From: Macrostomum lignano
Taxonomy: Eukaryota
Reading direction: 5' to 3'
Assembly (NCBI GenBank): GCA_002269645.1
Contig: NIVC01002964.1
Location: 18,528 to 82,527 of the forward strand
DNA length: 64,000 nucleotides
Shown here piece after piece: positions 54,267 to 64,000 of the stretch. The notes below the pieces were generated by a model, which saw nothing but the letters and a program-made list of their open reading frames with translations, searched no databases and was not told the origin of the DNA. The translations under genes and the position numbers were made by a program. Numbering within the stretch: the first letter of the stretch is position 1; the number at the start of each line of letters is the position of its first letter.

Positions 54267-55288
54267 CATGCAATTTGTACGTAGAATAAACATTTAACAT
54301 AGAAGAATCCTAATTTTCTGAACGAAAAGCTTTATGAATGTCAATAGAGCTATAAGAAAGGCACAACATATCAAAAGATGAGAATTGGGTCTGTCTCCTA
54401 TCGAAAGAAATAACAATTTTAATATGAACAACGTGAAGAAAAGTTCCAATCTCCGTAGTGTATTTTTTCGGCGAAAACCATGCAGCTCCTTAACTTTTTC
54501 TAAGAAACATAATTTCCCGTCCTTCTACTTTAGTTGTCCTTGACTTAACTTGACTTAGCTGCAGGGCGGTCCGAAGACGCAGCGGGGAGGCGAGCGTCGC
54601 CCATTCCGCTAGCCCTGAAGTTGTCCCAGCTAATGTTGCGTTCAAGTAGGATTTGAGCAAAAGCAGACTTCTCGAAAAAAGAAACAGGCTCTCAAAAGTG
54701 ACGCCTCGCCATGGTTTCGAGCGCTTCAGAGGCGCTGATCTGTGGAGGTGGGGTGGGTCAAAGAAATTTGCAAGCAGAAGCAATTTCGACAAAAAATGCT
54801 GAGCGGACAGATTATTCAAGTGGGATCTCTGCCGCCCTGGCAACTGCTGCTGCGGCGGCCCGCTGCACTGCCTGCCAACTGAAGACTCGCTGTGGCGAGG
54901 ATGAGAGGGGTGGGAGCCCAGTGCCAGTGTTTGGACAGCGAATGCGTCTCCCAGTCACCCAGACCCCCGCGCGAGGCGAAGCCGTGGGTGGGGGGGGACT
55001 GCAGCTCTTCGGCAACATGTGGAACTCGGGGCTCTCAAGAGCTGCGCCGTCGCCCCGCTATCCACCTGTGGATCAACTGCTGCCCCCACCCTCCTCGGAC
55101 ACCCCGGCTTCTACAAGCTGATAAATTCGGGCCCCTTCCACGCTTGCTGTGTGGATCCAACTCTTTCCTGAGCGACACTGCTGACGTATCGGTAAGTTTC
55201 AATGCTTTCACTGGAAGCATAACTCTGTCTCCTGAGTTCCCTTTGCTTGAGTCATGCCAAGTTTTTCCGTTGCTTTGCAGACAACAAG

Positions 55289-58200
55289 ATGCGTCTCACA
55301 GTGCTGTTTCTTCTTTCTGTTTGTCTTTTTCTTGCGCTAACCAGCGACGTTGGAGAGTCCTGGGGGTGAGTTTGAGTCATATTTTTGTCTTCGAATCATT
55401 CCTGCCCTTATTTTTAACAGCAAGCTTTTTCAATTAGCGTTGAAGGTGCTGAACAATCCTAACGCCTTTTTTCCACTCGCTTTCAGATGCGGATGGGCGT
55501 GCAAACGCATGCGTCGCATCCGAGCGAGAGCCGCCAGGCTGAGGCGGCTGGCGATTCAGAGGGCCAGGGCCCTCAGGCGCCGCATCTTGCTGGCTCGGCG
55601 GAGAGCAGCCAGAGCTGCGGCAAGAGCGCGGGCCAGAGCCAGAGCTTGGGCTCGAGCCAGGGCCAGAGCTGCGGCTAGAGCCAGGGCCAGAGCCAGAGCC
55701 ATTGCTAGAGCCAGGGCTAGAGCTTTAGCCAAACGGTTGGCAAGAGCCCGCGCAAGAGCTCGCGCAATTGCCAGAGCCAGAGCTAGAGCTTTGGCCAGAC
55801 GTGTGGCAAGAGCACGCGCAAGAGCTCGCGCAATCGCCAGAGCCAAGGCTAAAGCTTTGGCCAGACGTGTGGCAAGAGCACGCGCAAGAGCTAGAGCCAA
55901 GGCTAGGGCTTTGGCCAGAGCAGCGGCTAGAGCAGCGGCCAGAGCAAGGGCCAGAGCTAAAGCTCGTGCCCGGGCCATCGCCAGGCGGTTGGCAAAAGCA
56001 CGAGCCAGAGCTAGAGCAATCGCTAGAGCCAGGGCCAGAGCTTTGGCCAGACGTTTGGCAAGAGCTCGCGCAAGAGCTCGTGCAATCGCCAGAGCCAGGG
56101 CTAGGGCTTTGGCCAAGGCAGCGGCGAGAGCAAGGGCCAGAGCCAGAGCTCGTGCCCGGGCCGTCGCCAGAGCCTTGGCACGTGCTAAAGCTAGAGCCCG
56201 GGCTAAGGCAAGAGCTGTGGCTAGAGCATTGGCTAGAGCAAGAGCCAGAACGAGAGCACTGGCCCGAGCAAAAGCCAGAGCCCTGGCCAGGGCAGTGGCC
56301 AGAGCCAAAGCTAGAGCAAGAGCCAGAGCTAAAGCATTGGCCAGAGCCAAAGCCCTAATTCGTGCCCGAGCCCGATCTTTGGCGGCGGCGGCGGCGAGAG
56401 TAAAAGCAAGAGCCACAGCCCGAGCGAGAGCCTGGGCCAGGAGACGAGCTCTAGCCCTGAAGCGAGCCAAAGCCACAGCGAGACGAAGAGCCAGAGCTCT
56501 GGCCAGGGCCGTCGCTAAAGCAAGTAGAAGAGCAAAAGCTTTAGCTAGAGCCAAGGCTAGAAGAGTGGCCAGAGCGGCGGCAAGAGCGGCGAAGAAGATT
56601 CGAGACTGGTTCCGAAGGCGGGCCAAGCGCGGAAGAATCATCAAGAGATCAATCTACCGTCGTGTGAAGCGGCTCAAAACCCGTTTTGTCAAGTTCGTCA
56701 AGCGTCTGTTCCGCAAATGCCCACGAGGATACAAGAAGCGTGGAAATCGTTGCTACCGCCTTTACTGCCCGAAGCCGTACGTCCGCCGAGGCGCCCGGTG
56801 CGTTCGCTACTACCGAATCTACAAGCCCCGAAAATGGTGCCCCAAAGGTTTCCGTCGAAGAGGCAGCCGGTGCATCAAGCGCATGCGCATCATCTGCGCA
56901 GCTGGCTATCGAGTTTACCGCGGCAGATGTCACCTGGTCCGGTGCCGTCGTGGATTCATCAAGATCGGTAGAAGCTGCCGCCGCAGCTGCAAGCCCGGAT
57001 TCCGACTCCGTGGCCGTTTTTGCGTTCGCTATCGCTTCCGATGCCCCAAGAACTTTTATTACCATCGAAGGCGCTGCGTCCGATTCCGCCGAGGATCGAC
57101 AAGGTAATTTTTGAAACTGCGAGTAGCATAGCATTTGAAATTGTTGCAATGCAAACCTAAGATGCGCGTGCAATTTTTTACTGTAGATGCCCGAGAGGAT
57201 ACCGCAGGAGAGGCAGAAAGTGCTTGCGCACCGTTCGATCGTGCCCGCTTAACTACCGCCGCCGAGGCAGGCGGTGTGTCAAGCGCTGTGCAAGCGGCCG
57301 GGTGCCTCGGCGCATTCGCCGCGGAGTGATCAGGTGCGTTGTCGTCACGTCCAAGTGCCCACTCGGTTACAGTCTGCGACGCGTGCGACGCGGAAGGCGC
57401 TACAGGTACTTTCCTTTAGTAGCAAATGTGAATACAAGATACTTTAAGAACAAAATAAATACTAAGTATTACATCTGCTTCAGGTTCCGCTGCGTCATCA
57501 ATGCTGGAAGATGTGCACGTGGATTCAGACGAGTCAAGCGATACAGACGTGGCTTTTCTTGCGTTCGCATTGTCTGCCCGAGACACTACAGGAAACGCGG
57601 ATCTCGATGCGTCTACCGACCACCCAAGGGTGGCAGCCGAAGATGTCCGGCAGGTTACAAAAAGGTGCGAGGCGTCTGCAAGAAGCTGAACTGCCCGGCC
57701 GGCTACGTGCGCAGGGGATCGCGCTGTGTGCACACCAGGTGCCCCGTTTCTACCGCCGAGTGGGCAGATTCTGTGCCCGGATACGCTTTGTTGGCAAATG
57801 CCCAAGAGGCTGGCGCAGGACTGGCCGTCTCTGCCGCAGACGTGTGTGCCCGAGCGGCTTCAAGAAAGTTGGTCGCTACTGCATGCGTAAGTCCTTAACA
57901 TAAATTGCAGTTCTCACTAAAGATGCAGTCACTTGAGCACTGGGTAATGCAGATAACCCACAACGCTTTAGCGATTTGAATCAAATAGAAATAGAATTGC
58001 GGCTTGCGATTTGCGGATATTTTATCCGACCGAACCAATTTTTCAATAAATATTTACAGGAAAATCCTGTCCATCTGGATTTGTCCGACGTGGTCGGGCT
58101 TGCTACAGAGGTGAGTTGATCCAAGCTCCTAATTGATGAATGATTCTCAGTTTTTCGAGTAAAGCGCGCAGCGACAGTTATTAAATATTGTTTTAATATT

Positions 58201-61200
58201 AAAATTTTAGCCCGATGCGCTCGCGGCTTCAAAAAGATGGGAAGCGTGTGCATCAGTGAGTGACTGACGGTTTTGATTTAAGTTTTAGTTTTGAACCAGT
58301 GTACAGAACGCATTATTGTAACGAATTTAATTATTCGCCCTCCAGGACGCTGTCCAAGCGGCACCAGAACGACGCGGTATTTCTGCATCCGCAAGCGTTG
58401 CCCGAAATTCTTCAGGCGCGTTGGGCAGAGCTGCGTTAGAGGTTTGATGATCTTGATGCTGACTAGATATCTTAACAATGCTGGATTAGATCTGTGCAGA
58501 CAATAGTTCAAGAAATTTTCACCTGTTCCTTATGATGACCTACTTCAGCTCGCTGTCCCTCCGGCTACGTGGCCCGCTCCTACCGCACTAGAGTGTATCT
58601 CAAGCATCGTGTTACCGGATACACCAAGAAGTGCACCTGCATTAATGGCAAATCAAGTGCCAAGCCACGGGCAAACTCCATCGATGTGGCTTTTGTAGTT
58701 GACGTGAGCGGCAGCATGGGCCGAGTCATCAGCGCCATCAAGAAAAACATTGTCAACGTCATCAACGTCAACGCTAAGTCCAGAGTGGTACGTAAAATAA
58801 AATCAGCGGAAATTCCCCCTCATCCATCAGGACAATTTGAAAATGATTAATCTTAACCTTCCACTGTGTCTCCTCAATTCAGGTGGACAAATTCATTCTC
58901 GTGCCGTTCGCGGACCCAAAAGTGGGACCAGTGACAATCAGCAGAGGTCGGTCCCGCCTGCACAAGAGCAGGCTTATCAAAGCGGTCAGGCGCATGCGAG
59001 CCAGCGGTGGCGGCGACTGTCCGGAGATGAGCCAGTCCGGCATGTACGAGGCGCTCCGGCGCGTCAAGCGAAACTCCATCGTCTACGTGTTCACTGATGC
59101 CAGTCCGTCGAGACGAGACAAACGGTTGGAAATTTCACTACTTGATTAAACAGTTATCTTTAAAATATTTGCTACAAATAAACAATCATGCAATAAACCC
59201 TTCTAGTCTAGTGCAACAAGAAAATGAAGTAAAAATAAACCATTTGAAACTCCTATTACAGACGACAGGCCGACGTGCTCCGGCTGTCGAAGAGCAAAAA
59301 CGTGCAGCTCAACTTCCTGCTCACCGGTCCAATGTGCGGCAAAAGGAATTCGTACAAAAACTTGTCAAAGAAATCGAAAGGTGCCTGGATCAAAATGAAA
59401 AGGTCGACAACGTACCGCGTTTTGCGCTTCCTCAGCAAGGCCATCCCCAAGGGCGCCACCGCTCTGAGGATGCTGAACCGGCGCGGACTATCCTCATTCA
59501 TCAAAGCAAGGAAAACATGCACTTGCCACCGCATTGCCAGAATGAAGGCCCGTTACAAGTACGTCAGCTCGGTGAAATGCTTTGTCAGGCCTCGGCCAAG
59601 CACTGGCCGCTGCTCCAGAATCCTGAACCAGCGAAGGCGACTAAGACGCGCGGCCCAGCTTTACCGGCGTCGCATGCGAATTGGCAGGCGGTCAGCGCGG
59701 CGAAGAAGCGCCAGGCGATTCCGGGCAGTCAGAAAGCAACTGCGAGCGATTGCAAGAAACCTGAGACGCTGCTACAGAAGCAAAACAAGAAGTAAGACGG
59801 GCAGCTTCAAAATTTTCAAAATATAAAATTATTTAAATGCTAAGGAAAATTCAGAATTAAAAAAACTATATTTTCGTCAAAGTACTCTCTTGCAAAAGGA
59901 ACTAACAAAAAGTCACTAGGATTAAGTTCTAGAGTGGAGTGTATGAGACCAGTATATTATATAATGCTGTGTCAATCTACAGAATAGTTGAAGCAAAGAG
60001 ACTGATGAAGAAAACATAAAACTCGTTTCTTTTTAATAACCTTCAGATTTGTGCAGAAAGGTCAGATGCGGACGGGGTAGACGCTGTTTCGTCGAAACAT
60101 GCGCCGCCGTTTCGGATCTGTCTACCGCTACGTCAGAACCGCATCCTGCAGGCCTGTCAGGAGTAAGAATTTTTTTGTAATCCTTCTGGTTCATTCAAGT
60201 ATTTTAAGGAGACAAATTCAGTCTCTGAATAACATCACTTTGTGGCAAAAACTGTTTTATAGATCTGTGCAGAAGAGTCCGGTGCAAGTCGGGTTATCGG
60301 TGCCGAGTTTCATACCAGCGCAGAATAGTGACCCGCAGGGTGACTCGATTCGTCAGAAAGTGTCCATGCCGCAAGGTCCTGGTTAAGCCATCCGCCTCCA
60401 AAAAGAAGACAGGCCTGGTCGACATGGCGTTCGTTGTAGATACCACAGGAAGCATGGGCAGAGTCATCAAAGGAATCCGGTCAAGCATCAAGCAGATTGT
60501 GGCTGCAAACAGGCGTACAGTCAGTCGCTTCGTCATCTCTGCTTTCAATGATCCAAAGGTAAGGATTAAAACACAACAAGTGAAGTATGGACTCTCCAAT
60601 CCCAATAACAGAAAATACAATGACACTTGGGATCAACGTCGTTTTTTTTCAGGTTGGTCCAATTACTGTCAGCTCAAGAGCCAGAACAATTTTTGCCGCA
60701 GTGAACAGACTTAAACCCAGAGGAGGTGGCGACTGTCCTGAAAGGAGCATGAGCGGTATTCTTGCTGCCGCTAAGCGAGTGAAGTCCGGATCGGTCATCT
60801 ACGTGTTCACGGATGCAAGCGCAAAAGACAGAGGAAGGAGGCGTCAAGTAAGCTAATGGATAAGTTATTGTGTTCAGTTTCTGATTAGTAGTCCTTGGCA
60901 ACTGCACAAAAGGTTTCCTGTTTTTAAAAAAAATGCATACTTTCCACTACTTTCAGGTTCGAGAAATTGTGAAACGGAAGTCCCTCCAAGTGATGTTCAT
61001 CATCACAGGTCGATTGTGCGGCCGAAGCTACCGCAAGGAGTACCAATATGTGTCGAGAGGCAACGGCCGGGTTATAAAAACAACAAGTGGACGCATCAAG
61101 AAGGTGCTCAGCTTCATCCAAAAAGCGGTCAAGTTAGGAAGCCGCCGACTGAGGCGCTTGAACCTCTCTCACCTGTCGAAGTTCATCCGCAAGTGCCACT

Positions 61201-64000
61201 GTCGCCGCGTCAAACAGAGGGTCACAAGAAGATACACTAGAACCAGGCGAGTGGCCAAGTGCACAAAGAGACCAAAGGGAGCTTGCTCATCGCGAAGATG
61301 CAGTAAGGGCTACAAGTGTGTGCACTATCGAGTAAAAACACGTCGAGGCAGCGGACTTAAAACACGATGTGTCAGCATCAATAGTGAGTATTTCTTCTCC
61401 AATATAACCCTGCCTCTTCACTAAACTTTAACCTTTGCTCAAAAACTCAACAAAACTTTCTCTAGACCCATGCAAGAAAATGCGTTGTCAGAAAGGACGC
61501 AAATGCATTGTGCGCTTCTTCGGAAGAGTCTACAAAAAAGGAAAACGGCGTGTTAAGTTGGTGCGCAAAAAAGCCGTCTGCGTCAAGCGAATATCAAGTA
61601 AGATATATTTAATAGGCTGAAAAACTTTGACCTGTAAGAAAATTGCAACACTTCAACATCATCAAAAACCTGTAGACCTGTGCAGAAGAGTTCGTTGTGG
61701 AAGATACAGGCGCTGCATTGTCCGAAGACTGAGAAGAGGATCACGACGCATGGTAGCACGATGTGTAGGTCCAAAGCCAAAAGGTAAGCTCTAAGCAGAA
61801 AAATTGGTATTTTATATTCATCTTGAGCCAGCTAAAAACTTTTGCCCAGTGCGATACTCCACTCACTTGGTAGGCAACGCCACTCAAAATATCAAAGACG
61901 AAAAACATTTTAAAAACTTACAGGTAAGTGCGGCCGACGAACCTGCCGAAGGAACCAGAGGTGCGTGACACGAAGATCTAGCAGGCGAATCCGAAGCCTC
62001 AGAAGAAGCATCAACAAACTGCGACGAGCTCACAGGAGCAGGACTGTCGCCGAGAGACGACGACATGCAGCCTCCATCCGAAAGAGCCGAACACCAGCTC
62101 GCTACCGCCGTAAGCAATACTACTGAAACTGCTTTTTTGGCAACATGTAACAACGCTAGCGAATATAAATGCATTTCGTGTTCAGTATTTCGTTTTGGTT
62201 GTTTATATCACGCTTTCACTTTGCATACTTCTCCGCTTCAGGAGTGCGAGTGAAGCACGCTTGCGAGGGCAAATCTCTGACCATCAGATGTCCATCCAGA
62301 TACGTCATCCGGGTGCTGCGCGGATTCTATGGCAGAACATCTAACAAATACTGCGCTCGAGGACCCCGCAAGACATACAAGTGCAGCAGCGGCCGAGCCA
62401 ACAAAGTCATCGCTTCCAAGTGCAACAACCGGCGAGCATGCAGGGTGCGAAGCAACAACGCCGTCTTCGGAGATCCTTGCCGCGGAACATACAAGTACAT
62501 GACCGTGAGGTACAGATGCCAGCTGGCTTCATCGGTTGTGTCTAGCTACGCGAAGCGCAGAGCTCGACTTGCACGACTGCACAAGAGACGATTGAACGCT
62601 CTTCGATCGAGGCACAGGCGCAGAGTCGCTCGACTGATCCGACTGCTGAGACGAGCTAGACGAGGATCGAAGAGATGCGTCCGAAGGAGACGACCTTCCA
62701 GAGGTTAGTCGGCTATTCGGTCGACCGTTTATTAAAGCAAAACAAATGCAGAAATTATTGATGCCCCACCTAGTAAATTGCTTCCTCAAATATCTAGTGA
62801 GACTTTGAGCTACGGATTTTAGAGTTGAAGCACTTTCACCGAAGTTCATACGTTGCTCCTCACCGAATCACAACATACTTAGGCAAGAAATGCGGCCGAC
62901 GAACCTGCCGAAGGAACCAGAGGTGCGTGACACGAAGATCTAGCAGGCGAATCCGAAGCCTCAGAAGAAGCATCAACAAACTGCGACGAGCTCACAGGAG
63001 CAGGACTGTCGCCGAGAGACGACGACATGCAGCCTCCATCCGAAAGAGCCGAACACCAGCTCGCTACCGCCGTAAGCAATACTACTGAAACTGCTTTTTT
63101 GGCAACATGTAACAACGCTAGCGAATATAAATGCATTTCGTGTTCAGTATTTCGTTTTGGTTGTTTATATCACGCTTTCACTTTGCATACTTCTCCGCTT
63201 CAGGAGTGCGAGTGAAGCACGCTTGCGAGGGCAAATCTCTGACCATCAGATGTCCATCCAGATACGTCATCCGGGTGCTGCGCGGATTCTATGGCAGAAC
63301 ATCTAACAAATACTGCGCTCGAGGACCCCGCAAGACATACAAGTGCAGCAGCGGCCGAGCCAACAAAGTCATCGCTTCCAAGTGCAACAACCGGCGAGCA
63401 TGCAGGGTGCGAAGCAACAACGCCGTCTTCGGATCCTTGCCGCGGAACATACAAGTACATGACCGTGAGGTACAGATGCCAGCTGGCTTCATCGTTGTGT
63501 CTAGCTACGCGAAGCGCAGAGCTCGACTTGCACGACTGCACAAGAGACGATTGAACGCTCTTCGATCGAGGCACAGGCGCAGAGTCGCTCGACTGATCCG
63601 ACTGCTGAGACGAGCTAGACGAGGATCGAAGAGATGCGTCCGAAGGAGACGACCTTCCAGAGGTTAGTCGGCTATTCGGTCGACCGTTTTATTAAAGCAA
63701 AACAAATGCAGAAAATTATTGATGCCCCACCTAGTAAATTGCTTCCTCAAATATCTAGTGAGACTTTGAGTACGGATTTTAGAGTTGAAGCACTTTCACC
63801 GAAGTTCATACGTTGCTCCTCACCGAATCACAACATACTTAGGCAAAGAAATGCGGCCGACGAACCTGCCGAAGGAACAGAGTGGCGTGACACGAAGATC
63901 TAGCAGCGAATCCGAAGCCCTCAGAAGAAGCATCAACAAACTGCGACGAGCTCACGGAGCAGGACTGTCGCCGAGAGACGACGACATGCAGCCTCCATCC
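55289..64000 (+). CDS. Gene B: paralogous giant secreted Arg-rich protein (>2000 aa, 3'-incomplete) with Ala-Arg repeat, CPxG repeats, 2 hemicentin-type VWA domains, follistatin-N-like modules and SUEL lectins
   Basis: Signal peptide MRLTVLFLLSVCLFLALTSDVGES. Exons 55289-55365, 55487-57103, 57187-57405, 57484-57886, 58060-58110, 58211-58255, 58346-58441, 58549-58787, 58883-59124, 59262-59791, 60047-60162, 60263-60558, 60653-60847, 60957-61383, 61466-61597, 61676-61783, 61924-62109, 62242-62703, 62883-63071, 63204-63662, then 63843 onward. The model needs two +1 corrections (57742-57745 and ~60086-60093). A non-coding exon donor lies at 55191/55192. Confidence 0.8.
58682..59480 (+). other. VWA domain 1, hemicentin/VWA7 type (gene B)
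   Basis: DVAFVVDVSGSM (MIDAS DxSxS), FILVPFADPKVGP, GGGDCPEMSQSGMYEAL, SIVYVFTDAS. Confidence 0.88.
60421..61200 (+). other. VWA domain 2, hemicentin/VWA7 type (gene B)
   Basis: DMAFVVDTTGSM, FVISAFNDPK-VGP, GGGDCPERSMSG, SVIYVFTDASAKD. Confidence 0.88.
61929..64000. repeat. ~962-bp tandem duplication (2 full copies + 1 partial) of a Cys-module exon plus a SUEL exon
   Basis: Unit starts at 61929, 62891 and 63852; near-identical including introns; later copies carry small indels. Confidence 0.92.
62262..62519 (+). other. SUEL / rhamnose-binding lectin domain (gene B); second copy at ~63224-63480
   Basis: CEGKSLTIRCPSR...GFYGRT...NAVFGDPCRGTYKYMTVRYRC. Confidence 0.9.

Overview
Eukaryotic (animal) genomic window with GC-rich exons, AT-rich intergenic DNA and a very high load of minisatellites. 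The style suggests a free-living flatworm such as Macrostomum, but that is inference and was not verified. Left half: two hAT-type MITEs, then a complete 13-coding-exon PRPF8 gene (5405-21665, about 2405 aa). Ten of its 12 introns carry their own tandem repeat, intron 4 contains an antisense secreted-protein ORF, and two copies of a box C/D snoRNA with a U6-complementary guide (SNORD94/U94-like) sit in or just upstream of the gene. Middle: satellite blocks, a small neuropeptide-precursor-like ORF, and a 5-exon model for a putative membrane protein. Right half: two head-to-tail paralogous genes for giant, secreted, extremely Arg/Lys-rich proteins. Gene A (35978-47091, about 3150 aa) has a protamine-like 3.5-kb exon, follistatin-N-like Cys modules and two SUEL/rhamnose-binding lectin domains. 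Gene B (55289 to beyond the window end, over 2000 aa) has an Ala-Arg repeat, CPxG repeats, two hemicentin-type VWA domains and tandem SUEL modules. SINEs, MITEs and an RTE-like LINE fragment lie between them. All gene models were assembled by hand from splice-site and phase consistency; no database search was run. Sequence quality appears to fall near the right end (indels).
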